Assembly (NCBI GenBank): GCA_035708405.1
Contig: DASSSQ010000148.1
Location: 1 to 63,726 of the forward strand
Length of the DNA: 63,726 nucleotides
Origin: Gaiellaceae bacterium
GTDB lineage: Bacteria > Actinomycetota > Thermoleophilia > Gaiellales > Gaiellaceae
Reading direction: 5' to 3'
Part shown: in pieces, positions 18,593-26,428 of the stretch
Numbering within the stretch: the first letter of the stretch is position 1
How the letters are laid out: every line of letters starts with the position of its first letter
Notes under the pieces: model-generated
The model's input: only the letters and a program-made list of their open reading frames with translations
What the model was told of the DNA's origin: nothing
Database searches by the model: none
Program-made: the position numbers and the translations under genes

Positions 18593-19740
18593 AGGCGCTC
18601 GACGACGCCGGCGATCGCCTGGCCGAAGCCGATGCACATCGACGCGATCCCGTAGCGCGCGTCCCGCCGCTCGAGCTCGGCCAGCAGCGTCGCCGTGATC
18701 CGCGCCCCGGTCGCGCCGAGCGGATGGCCGAGCGAGATGCCGCCGCCGTTCGGATTGACGTCGCCGGCCTCCCAGCGCTCGTGCAACCCGGTGTCGGCGA
18801 GGAACTGGAGCACGACCGAGGCGAACGCCTCGTTGACCTCGATCACGGCCATGTCGTCCCACGAGAGCCCCGCCTTCGCGAGCGCCTTCTCGCAGGCCAG
18901 CGGGTTGCCGTGCAGCATCAGGGTCGGGTCGACGCCGACGACCCCGAACGAGAGGAAGCGACCGCGCGGGCGGAGGCCGAGCCGCGAGACCGCGTCCTCG
19001 GACGCGATCAGCACCGCCGCCGCGCCGTCGACGATCTGCGACGAGTTGCCCGCGGTCGTCTTCCCGTCCGGTGTGAAGACCGCCTGCAGCTCCGCCATCT
19101 TCTCGAGCGTCGTCTCGCGGCGCACGGCCTCGTCGGTGTCGAAGACGAAGCCGACGTGCGGGTTCGTCAGGTCGATCGGCACGATCTCCTGCGCGAAGCG
19201 GCCCTCGTCGATCGCCCGGGCCGCGCGCATGTGCGACTCGTACGAGTAGCGGTCGAGCGCCTCGCGCGAGAGCCCCCACTGCTCCGCGATCAGGTCGGAC
19301 GAGATCCCCTGCATCACGATCTGGAAGCGGTCGTGCACCCGGTCCGACATCGAGCCCGAGTTCGAGCCCATCGGGACACGGCTCATCATCTCGACGCCGC
19401 CGGAGACGACCAGGTCCTCCTGGCCCGACCAGACGGCGGCGGCGGCGTTGAAGTTCGTCTGCATCGAGGAGCCGCACTGCCGGTCGACGGTCGTGCCGGC
19501 CACGGACACGGGCCAGCCGGCGGTCAGCGGGACGTTGCGGCCGATGTTCCAGGCCTGCTCGTCGACCTGCGTGACGCAGCCCCACTGGACGTCCTCGACC
19601 TCGGCCGGGTCGACGCCGGCGCGCTCGACGAGCGCGTTCACGACCTGCGCGGAGAGCTCGTCCCCGCGGATCTTCGAGAGCGTGCCGTTCTTGCGCCCGA
19701 TCGGGCTGCGGACGGCGTCGACGATCAGCGCGTCGGTCAC
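18589..19740 (-). CDS. acetyl-CoA C-acetyltransferase (thiolase)
   Basis: 383 aa with VDRQCGSSMQ (active Cys), NPNGGGISLGHPLGATGARI and MCIGFGQA. Confidence 0.9.
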   Translation of the reverse strand: MTDALIVDAVRSPIGRKNGTLSKIRGDELSAQVVNALVERAGVDPAEVEDVQWGCVTQVDEQAWNIGRNVPLTAGWPVSVAGTTVDRQCGSSMQTNFNAAAAVWSGQEDLVVSGGVEMMSRVPMGSNSGSMSDRVHDRFQIVMQGISSDLIAEQWGLSREALDRYSYESHMRAARAIDEGRFAQEIVPIDLTNPHVGFVFDTDEAVRRETTLEKMAELQAVFTPDGKTTAGNSSQIVDGAAAVLIASEDAVSRLGLRPRGRFLSFGVVGVDPTLMLHGNPLACEKALAKAGLSWDDMAVIEVNEAFASVVLQFLADTGLHERWEAGDVNPNGGGISLGHPLGATGARITATLLAELERRDARYGIASMCIGFGQAIAGVVERL

Positions 19741-19749
19741 GCTTCCAGT

Positions 19750-20376
19750 CTACGCCGGGTCCCAGGGCCGGGCGCTGTGCGCGAGGTAGACGCGCCGCGG
19801 CCGGAGCGCGTGGATCCGGTCGAAGTTCGGCTGCCCGCCGGCGATCAGCTCGCCCATCGAGTAGGTGACGTCGCCGCCGAGCACGACCGGCCCCTCCTCC
19901 GTGGCGACGACGACGCACTGGTGGCCGGCGGAGTGGCCCGGCGTGAACAGCACCGAGATGCCGCCGAAGAGCTCGCCGTCGCCGTCGAGCTCGCGGTAGT
20001 CGGCGCCGTCGAAGCGCACCCACTCGACGAGGTAGTCCGGCTCGGAGACGGCGGCGAGCTCGGCCCGCTGCACGTAGGTCGGCACGCCCGCGAAGCGACG
20101 GTTGCCGCCGCAGTGGTCGAAGTGGAGGTGCGTGTTGATCACCGCGTCGATCTCCGGCAGCTCCGGCCACGGCCGCAGCTCGATCCCCCACTCCTCGTCC
20201 AGCTCCGGCGTCGAGTCGACCATGCCCGTGTCGACGAGGATCCGGCCGTCGACGAGCCACGCGAAGACCGGCAGCCGCTTCCCGTACGCCTGCACGTCGA
20301 CGAGGTGGAGCGGCCGGACGTCGTCGAGCGAGCGCACGGGTCGAGTTTGCCGTCCGGCGGCCCGGAAAGGAAGCAC
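19750..20376 (-). CDS. MBL-fold metallo-hydrolase (lactonase-like)
   Basis: 208 aa with INTHLHFDHCGGN (HxHxDH) and TPGHSAGH. The start may be a downstream GTG. Confidence 0.8.
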   Translation of the reverse strand: MLPFRAAGRQTRPVRSLDDVRPLHLVDVQAYGKRLPVFAWLVDGRILVDTGMVDSTPELDEEWGIELRPWPELPEIDAVINTHLHFDHCGGNRRFAGVPTYVQRAELAAVSEPDYLVEWVRFDGADYRELDGDGELFGGISVLFTPGHSAGHQCVVVATEEGPVVLGGDVTYSMGELIAGGQPNFDRIHALRPRRVYLAHSARPWDPA

Positions 20377-20378
20377 GC

Positions 20379-20534
20379 ATGATCGGAGTCGCCGTCGCCC
20401 TCGTCGTGATCGGGATCATCTTCCTGTTCGTGATCCCCTGGGTCGGCATCCCCGTCGGAATCGTCGGCCTGATCCTCTTCGTCGTCTGGCTGCTCGGCTT
20501 CGGCCGGCGCACGGCGACGGATCGTCGTCCGTAG
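20379..20534 (+). CDS. 51-aa two-TM small membrane protein (not in the ORF track)
   Basis: Translated by hand: MIGVAVALVVIGIIFLFVIPWVGIPVGIVGLILFVVWLLGFGRRTATDRRP, ending in TAG. A GGAAAGGAAG RBS lies 6 nt upstream. GC3-rich codons. Confidence 0.45.
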   Translation: MIGVAVALVVIGIIFLFVIPWVGIPVGIVGLILFVVWLLGFGRRTATDRRP

Positions 20535-20563
20535 GGCGCCCCCAGTACACTCGGCGGGTCCGC

Positions 20564-20989
20564 ATGGCCCGCCCACGCTTCCCCTCGCGCTCCCGCGGAG
20601 CCGACGCCGAGCACCCGAAGCCCGTGCCGGTCCGGCGGCCCGCTCCCGGAGTGCTCAGGCGCGAGCGGCGGGCGCTGCAGAAGCTGCGCGAGCAGCGGCT
20701 GCGCGACCTCGGCGGCCTCCTGCTCGAGATGTACCGCCGCGGCACGTTCCGCGAGGAGCTGCTCTCGGAGCGCAGCGCCGACCTCGTCGCGATCGAGACC
20801 CGGCTCGCCGACATCGAGGCGGCGCTCGCGGCGCCGCGCCGGCACCCGCCGCGCTGCTCCTGCGGCGCGCCGCTCCTGCCGGGCGCCCGCTTCTGCCCGT
20901 CCTGCGGCCGGCAGCTGCGGCCGCCCGGAAACGGCACCGGCGCCGCGGCCGACGAGACGATCGTCGTGCGCGCCGGAGACGAGCAGTGA
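20564..20989 (+). CDS. coiled-coil protein with C-terminal zinc ribbon
   Basis: Starts at an internal ATG of track ORF 20102..20989. The sequence is ...LQKLREQRLRDLGGLLLEMYRRGTFREELLSERSADLVAIETRLADIEAAL...CSCGAPLLPGARFCPSCG. It has an ATGA overlap with the next gene. Confidence 0.6.
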   Translation: MARPRFPSRSRGADAEHPKPVPVRRPAPGVLRRERRALQKLREQRLRDLGGLLLEMYRRGTFREELLSERSADLVAIETRLADIEAALAAPRRHPPRCSCGAPLLPGARFCPSCGRQLRPPGNGTGAAADETIVVRAGDEQ

Positions 20990-21681
20990 GCGACGAGCCC
21001 TCCGATCGGATCTGCCCGCGCTGCGGGGCGCCGCGCACGCCGGACCAGGAGTACTGCCTCGAGTGCGGCCTGAAGCTGCCGCCGACGAGCGGCGGCCTGC
21101 ACCGGCTCCGCGGCGCCTGGGTGCGCCGGCTCGGCTGGTATCCCGGCGACTGGGTCTGGACGACGCTGCTCGCGTTCGTCGTCGCCGCCGCCGGCGCGGC
21201 GGTCGCGATCGCGCTCACGACGAGCGGCGCCAGCTCGAACACCGGCACGACGTTCGCGGCGACGACGCCGAACGTGCCGCTGACGACGCCCTCGACGACC
21301 GCAGCCGCGCCGACCGTCGACACGAGCACGCTGCCGACGCCGCCGGAGCCGACGACCACGACCAGGGTGAAGCCGAAGCCGCAGCCGCCGAACGGGAAGA
21401 CGCCGTGGCCTCCCTCCCAGGCCGGCTGGACGATCGTGCTCGAGTCCGAGCCGGCGACCGCGGGCGGCCGCGTCCGCGCGAACGCGCGCGCGGAGCAGGC
21501 GGTCAAGGCAGGCCTGCCGGAGGTCGGCGTGCTCGTCTCCTCCCTCTATTCGAGCCTCCATCCGGGCTATCTCGTCGTCTTCGCCGGCATCTACGACTCG
21601 CGCTCGCAGGCGCAATCGACCCTGAACGCCGCCTATGCGGCCGGCTTCTCGAGCGCGTACGTGCGCCAGATCGTGCGCTGA
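20986..21681 (+). CDS. zinc-ribbon / TM / Pro-Thr linker / SPOR-domain protein
   Basis: 231 aa with N-terminal ICPRCGAPRTPDQEYCLECG and one TM helix. The C-terminal GWTIVLESEPATAGGRVRANARAEQAVKAGLPEVGVLVSSLYSSLHPGYLVVFAGIYDSRSQAQSTLNAAYAAGFSSAYVRQI is a SPOR-like peptidoglycan-binding fold. Confidence 0.7.
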   Translation: MSDEPSDRICPRCGAPRTPDQEYCLECGLKLPPTSGGLHRLRGAWVRRLGWYPGDWVWTTLLAFVVAAAGAAVAIALTTSGASSNTGTTFAATTPNVPLTTPSTTAAAPTVDTSTLPTPPEPTTTTRVKPKPQPPNGKTPWPPSQAGWTIVLESEPATAGGRVRANARAEQAVKAGLPEVGVLVSSLYSSLHPGYLVVFAGIYDSRSQAQSTLNAAYAAGFSSAYVRQIVR

Positions 21682-21699
21682 GTCGCGAGGTGTAAGCCG

Positions 21700-21724
21700 C
21701 GGACGGCCGGGTACCTGCCGTCCG
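21700..21724 (+). terminator. hairpin 19 nt downstream of the SPOR-gene stop (8-bp GC stem, 9-nt loop)
   Basis: CGGACGGC-cgggtacct-GCCGTCCG read from the sequence. Only a weak T-run (GTTT) follows about 15 nt later. Confidence 0.3.
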
Positions 21725-21770
21725 GGCGGTCACGGCGCCGTTTACCGGAGAGAAAACGAAGGCGTCGACT

Positions 21771-21798
21771 TTGTGACAGCCGCCGAAATCGGTATGCT
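21771..21798 (+). promoter_or_regulatory. sigma-70-like promoter candidate TTGTGA-N16-TATGCT
   Basis: Located in the 204-nt AT-richer intergenic region upstream of the 21886 gene / PafBC-like operon. The hexamers were read directly from the sequence. Confidence 0.3.
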
Positions 21799-21885
21799 CG
21801 AACCACGGAGCCGGGGCACGAGCACGCGTTCCCCGCTCTCGACCAAGCTTTGCGGCACGACCACAGGGAGAACTGCGAACTCGAC

Positions 21886-22335
21886 ATGGACGACACACTG
21901 CTCAGGATCCAGGCCTGCATGTATCAGTACTCGCGAGCGATCTATCGCACGCTCAAGGACAAGATCGACCCGTACGTCGACGCGCAGACGCAGCTCGAGT
22001 ACCGGCGTGAGGTGCTCGAGGCGTGCGAGCAGACGATGGAACGGCTCGCCAAGGACCCGCAGTACTTCGCCAAGCCCGACCGGGCGCTCTTCCAGGACAT
22101 CCGCCGCTACTTCCCGATCACGGCGCAGGCGCAGGTCGCCTGGGCGGTGCGCGAGGGCGTCGGCGCCGCCGTCTCGTTCATCGAGCAGCAGATCGAGGCC
22201 GGCGCGTTCGACGGCGGCGTCGCCCGCTGCCGCGCGACGACGCGCAAGGGCAAGCCGTGCCAGCGGACGCCGCTGCCGGAGCGCGACTACTGCCCGTCGC
22301 ACCAGCACCTCGAGCGCTCGAAGGTCGCTGCGTAG
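21886..22335 (+). CDS. hypothetical protein with a C-terminal C-X9-C-X10-C-X2-H zinc-finger-like motif
   Basis: Starts at the ATG at residue 13 of track ORF 21850..22335. The composition is non-shadow-like (MDDTLLRIQACMYQYSRAIYRTLKDKIDPYVDAQTQLEYRREVLEACEQTMERLAKDPQYF...). The tail is CRATTRKGKPCQRTPLPERDYCPSHQH. Confidence 0.6.
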   Translation: MDDTLLRIQACMYQYSRAIYRTLKDKIDPYVDAQTQLEYRREVLEACEQTMERLAKDPQYFAKPDRALFQDIRRYFPITAQAQVAWAVREGVGAAVSFIEQQIEAGAFDGGVARCRATTRKGKPCQRTPLPERDYCPSHQHLERSKVAA

Positions 22336-22362
22336 CGATCGGATAGGCTCGGGGCCTCGCCC

Positions 22363-24378
22363 TTGAGCCACGACACCGACAAGCTGATCCGCCAGCTCTC
22401 GCTGGTCGCCTTCCTGATGGCGGAGCGGCGGCCGCTGACCGCGCGGGACATCAAGGGGAGCGTCGAGGGCTACTCCGAGATGAGCGACGAGGCGTTCGCG
22501 CGCCGCTTCTACTCCGACCGCGCGGAGCTGATCGGGCTCGGCGTCCCACTGCACTCGCAGCGCGACGAGTTCACCGGCGAGGAGCTCTACACGCTGCGTT
22601 CGGAGCGCTACTTCCTGCCCGAGCTGCGGCTGGAGGAGGACGAGCTGGCGGCGCTGCAGACGGCGCTCTACCTGCTCGAGGGCCGCTTCGCCTACGCCGA
22701 GCCGCTGCGACTCGCGCTGCAGAACCTGGCGCTCGGCCGCCCCGGCTTCGCCGAGCCCTCCCGCGCCGAGGAGCGCGTCCAGGTGCTCGACCCGGACTAC
22801 ACGCCGGAGATGCAGGGCCGGCTCGCGAAGCTCGAGAACGCGATCTCGAAGCAGCGCACGGTCAGGTTCCTCTACTGGTCGATCGCCAAGGACGCCGAGG
22901 AGGAGCGGACGCTGAACCCCTACGCGCTGCTGCCGGAGAACGGCTCGTGGTACGTGATCGGCCGGGACCTCGACCGCGACGCGATCCGCACCTTCCGCGT
23001 CTCGCGCGTCCGCTCCGACATCCGCTTCGCGACCCGGCGCGAGCGCGACTTCCGCCTGCCCGGCGACTTCGACCTCGCCGCCTTCCGCGGCCGCGCGAAG
23101 TGGCAGTTCGGCGACCTCGCCGGCGAGGCGCGGATCGAGGTGGCGCCGGACACGGCGTGGTGGGTGGAGCGGGTCTACGGCCACCGCGACCGGCTCGAGG
23201 ACGGCGTCTTCGTCACGCGGTACTCGCTGCTGCCGCTGCTCGCGCAGTGGGTGCTGAAGCAGGAGGGACGCGCGGTACCGCTCGAGCCGGCCGCGCTCGG
23301 CGAGCTCGTGCTCGACGGCCTCGCGCGGGCGCGCGCGGCGCACGAGCGCGAGCCGCGCGAGGTCGCCGCCGAGCAGGCGGCCGCCGACGCGAATGGCGGC
23401 GCGGGCGAGCGGACGGCGAGCCCGGTCGCGCCGGAGCGCTTCGCGATCCTGCAGTCGCTCCTCGCCTACCTGCTCGCCGCCTGCGGCGAGGGCAAGGACG
23501 CGACGATCCCGGCACGCGACCTCGTCGAGCGGTTCCGGATCGCGCCGGAGGAGCTCGAGGAGCACCTGTCCCTGCTCAACCTCGTCAACTTCGGCGGCGG
23601 CTGCTACGCGGTCTACGCCGAGCTGCACGGCGAGGAGGTGCACGTCGACAAGGAGCTCTTCGGCGACACCTTCCGGCGCCCGCCGCGGCTGACGCCGCTC
23701 GAGGCGCGGGCGATCCGGCTCGCGCTCGAGTTCGTCGGCCCGATGATCGCCGCCGGCGCGCACTCGCCGCTCGAGCGCGTGCGCCGCAAGCTCGAGGAGA
23801 CCTTCGGCGAGTTCGACCTGCAGATGACCCCCGAGCCGGACGCGGGGCCCGAGGAAGGACTGCTCGCGACGCTGAACGAGGCGATCGAGCGCAACCGCCT
23901 GGTCGAGATCGACTACCTGAAGGAGGGCGAGGCGGCGCCGGCGAGCCGGCAGGTCGAGCCGTACCGGATCTCGCGCGAGCTGCCGCACTGGTACGTCCAC
24001 ACCTGGAGCCGTACCTCCGAGGCCGAGCGCTCGTTCCGGCTCGACCGCATCCGCTCGGTGCGGCTGCTCGACGAGCGCTTCGAGCCGCGGCCCGACTTCG
24101 AGCCGCAGCGCTTCCGCGGCGCGCGCACGGCGCGGGTCTGGTACTCGCCGGCGGTCGCGCGCTGGGAGGTCGAGAAGGGCGCCCGCGGCCTCGCCGACGG
24201 CTCCGCGCTCTCCGAGCGCGCGGTCGGCAGCCCGGAGTGGCTCGTCGGCGAGGTGCTCTCCTTCCGCGGCGAGGCCGAGGTGCTGGAGCCGGCCGACCTG
24301 CGCGAGCTCGTCGCCCGGCGCGCGGCCGAGCTCGAGGAGCTGCTCGGGCGCCGCCGCGTCCTGAGCGCGCCCGAGTAA
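22363..24378 (+). CDS. fused PafB-PafC-like transcriptional regulator (two HTH-WYL-WCX modules)
   Basis: 671 aa with a TTG start. Module 1 has KLIRQLSLVAFLMAERRPLTARDI... and RTVRFLYWSIAKDAEEERTLNPYALLPENGSWYVIGRDLDRDAIRTFRVSRV. Module 2 has FAILQSLLAYLLAACGEGKDATIPARDLVERF... and LVEIDYLKEGEAAPASRQVEPYRISRELPHWYVHTWSRTSEAERSFRLDRI. Confidence 0.8.
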   Translation: MSHDTDKLIRQLSLVAFLMAERRPLTARDIKGSVEGYSEMSDEAFARRFYSDRAELIGLGVPLHSQRDEFTGEELYTLRSERYFLPELRLEEDELAALQTALYLLEGRFAYAEPLRLALQNLALGRPGFAEPSRAEERVQVLDPDYTPEMQGRLAKLENAISKQRTVRFLYWSIAKDAEEERTLNPYALLPENGSWYVIGRDLDRDAIRTFRVSRVRSDIRFATRRERDFRLPGDFDLAAFRGRAKWQFGDLAGEARIEVAPDTAWWVERVYGHRDRLEDGVFVTRYSLLPLLAQWVLKQEGRAVPLEPAALGELVLDGLARARAAHEREPREVAAEQAAADANGGAGERTASPVAPERFAILQSLLAYLLAACGEGKDATIPARDLVERFRIAPEELEEHLSLLNLVNFGGGCYAVYAELHGEEVHVDKELFGDTFRRPPRLTPLEARAIRLALEFVGPMIAAGAHSPLERVRRKLEETFGEFDLQMTPEPDAGPEEGLLATLNEAIERNRLVEIDYLKEGEAAPASRQVEPYRISRELPHWYVHTWSRTSEAERSFRLDRIRSVRLLDERFEPRPDFEPQRFRGARTARVWYSPAVARWEVEKGARGLADGSALSERAVGSPEWLVGEVLSFRGEAEVLEPADLRELVARRAAELEELLGRRRVLSAPE

Positions 24379-24406
24379 AAGCTGCCCCGGCGGGCAACAG
24401 CCGATC

Positions 24407-25021
24407 GTGATCGCGCTGCCGCCGGTCTTCAGCGACCGCCGCTACGTCCACGCCCTGGACGTGCTGGCGCTCGTCTGGGTCTGCCTCTGGATCGGCATCG
24501 GCTGGCTCGTCTACCACTACGTGAACGGCCTCGCCTCGCTCTCGGACACGGTCGTGCTCGCGGGCAAGGCGGTCGACGCGACCGCCTCGGCGCTCGACGC
24601 GATCGCGCAGGTGCCGTTCGTCGGCGGCCAGCTGCACGAGCTCGTCCAGTCGGCGCACCAGGCGGCGGCGAGCGCCGTCTCCAGCGGCCGGTCGAGCCGC
24701 CACGACGTCCACACGCTGGCGGTGCTGCTCTGGCTCGCGATCGCGGCCGCGCCGACGACGCCCTTGCTCGTCCTCTACGGGCTGCTGCGCCGCGGCTGGC
24801 GGCGCGACGTCGCGTCGATGCGGCAGCTCGCCGCCGGCTTCGACGACGACGAGGCGCTGCAGCGCTTCCTGGCGCGGCGGGCGGTCGAGCACATGCCCTA
24901 CCGGCGCCTGCACCGGATCAGCGACAACCCGTGGCGCGACCTCGAGGAGGGCCGCACCGAGGCGCTCGCCCGGGCCGAGCTGGAGCGGATGGGGCTCCGG
25001 CGGCGCGACGACCCGTCATAG
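24407..25021 (+). CDS. hypothetical membrane protein
   Basis: 204 aa with a GTG start. There are two clear hydrophobic helices (LDVLALVWVCLWIGIGWLVYHYV; LAVLLWLAIAAAPTTPLLVLYGLL) and a charged C-terminal tail. Confidence 0.55.
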   Translation: MIALPPVFSDRRYVHALDVLALVWVCLWIGIGWLVYHYVNGLASLSDTVVLAGKAVDATASALDAIAQVPFVGGQLHELVQSAHQAAASAVSSGRSSRHDVHTLAVLLWLAIAAAPTTPLLVLYGLLRRGWRRDVASMRQLAAGFDDDEALQRFLARRAVEHMPYRRLHRISDNPWRDLEEGRTEALARAELERMGLRRRDDPS

Positions 25022-25028
25022 TTGGCAG

Positions 25029-26387
25029 GTGACGTCGCTCGAGCACGAGCTCGCCTCGATTCTCCCCGACGGCGCCGTCGCCGCTCCCACGGACGAGTAT
25101 CTCGCCGACCCGATGGGACGGGGCCTGCGCGGCAGCGCCGACGCGGTCTGCTTCCCGGAGACCGCCGAGGAGGTCGCGCAGATCGTCGCCTGGTGCTACG
25201 GGCACGACGTCCCGATCACGCCGCGCGGCGGCGGCACCGGCCTCGCCGGCGGCGCGATCCCGGACGGCGGCGTCGTCCTCTGCCTCGAACGGCTCGCGCG
25301 CGTGCGCTCGTTCGAGCCGCTGCTCTGGCGGATGAACGTCGAGGCCGGGGTCGCCACCGGCACCATCCACCGGCTCGCGCGCGAGAACGGGCTGCGCTTC
25401 CCGCCCGACCCCGGCGCCTGGGAGGTCTCGCAGATCGGCGGCAACATCGCCTGCAACGCCGGCGGCCCCCACGCCTTCAAGTACGGCGTCACCGGACGCT
25501 GGGTGACCGGGATCGAGGCGGTCGTGCCGCCGGGCGAGATCGTCCGCGTCGGCGGCGCCGTCCGCAAGGACGTGGCCGGCTACGACATCCGCTCGCTGCT
25601 CGTCGGCTCGGAGGGGACGCTCGGGATCGTCACCGCCGCCTGGCTGCGCCTGATGCCGGCGCCCGAGGCGGAGCTGCCGCTCGTCGCGTTCGCGCGCGAC
25701 ACGGCGTCCGGCTGCGCGGCGCTCGAAGCGGTGCTCGGCAGCGGCGTCTTCCCGGCGGCGGTCGAGTACCTGGACGGCGTCACGCTCTCGTTCGCGGCGC
25801 CGTCCTTTCCCGGGCCGGTGCCGGACGGGGCGGGCTTCCTGGTCGCGGTCGAGGTCGACGGGTCGCGCGCGGAAGCGGAGCAGGCGCTGCGCGAGCTGCA
25901 GGACGCGCTCGCCGGCGAGGCGCTCGCGACCTGGATGCCGTCCGCGCCGGCCGAGGTCGCGGAGCTCTGGCGCTGGCGCGCCGGCGTCGCGTTCTCGATC
26001 CTCGCCCAGAAGGGCGGCGCGATCTCGGAGGACGTCGCCGTGCCGCTCGACCGGCTGCAGGAGGCGATCGAGGAGACGCTCGCGATCGCCGCGCGGCGCG
26101 GCGTCGTCGGGCTCTCGTTCGGCCACGCGGGCGACGGCAACATCCACTCGACGTTCCTGTTCTCGCCCGGCGACCCGGACGAGGCGGCGCGCGTCGAGCG
26201 GGCCTGCGGCGACCTGTTCGAGCTGGCGATCCGGCTCGAGGGGACGGTCACGGGCGAGCACGGGATCGGCCTCCTGAAGGCCGGCCAGCTCGCGCGCCAG
26301 TGGAGCCCGGCCGCGGTCGACCTGCACCGGAGGATCAAGCAGGTCTTCGACCCGAAGGGCCTGCTCAACCCCGGCAAGAAGAACTGA
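25029..26387 (+). CDS. FAD-linked oxidase (GlcD / D-lactate dehydrogenase family)
   Basis: 452 aa with the FAD_binding_4 pattern PRGGGTGLAGGAIP...VLCLERL..., plus the C-terminal GTVTGEHGIGLLK and FDPKGLLNPGK. Confidence 0.85.
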   Translation: MTSLEHELASILPDGAVAAPTDEYLADPMGRGLRGSADAVCFPETAEEVAQIVAWCYGHDVPITPRGGGTGLAGGAIPDGGVVLCLERLARVRSFEPLLWRMNVEAGVATGTIHRLARENGLRFPPDPGAWEVSQIGGNIACNAGGPHAFKYGVTGRWVTGIEAVVPPGEIVRVGGAVRKDVAGYDIRSLLVGSEGTLGIVTAAWLRLMPAPEAELPLVAFARDTASGCAALEAVLGSGVFPAAVEYLDGVTLSFAAPSFPGPVPDGAGFLVAVEVDGSRAEAEQALRELQDALAGEALATWMPSAPAEVAELWRWRAGVAFSILAQKGGAISEDVAVPLDRLQEAIEETLAIAARRGVVGLSFGHAGDGNIHSTFLFSPGDPDEAARVERACGDLFELAIRLEGTVTGEHGIGLLKAGQLARQWSPAAVDLHRRIKQVFDPKGLLNPGKKN

Positions 26388-26428
26388 CCCCTCTTGTGAT
26401 TACGAGTTCTAACCGATACAAAGTGCAG

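Noticed and set aside
21771-21798. Possible PafBC RecA-NDp motif (tTGTCRgtg-N8-TAnnnT) upstream of the PafBC-like operon
   Set aside because: Only the TTGT prefix matches. The sequence is TTGTGACAG and the distance to TATGCT is 13 nt rather than 8. It fits an ordinary -35/-10 spacing better.
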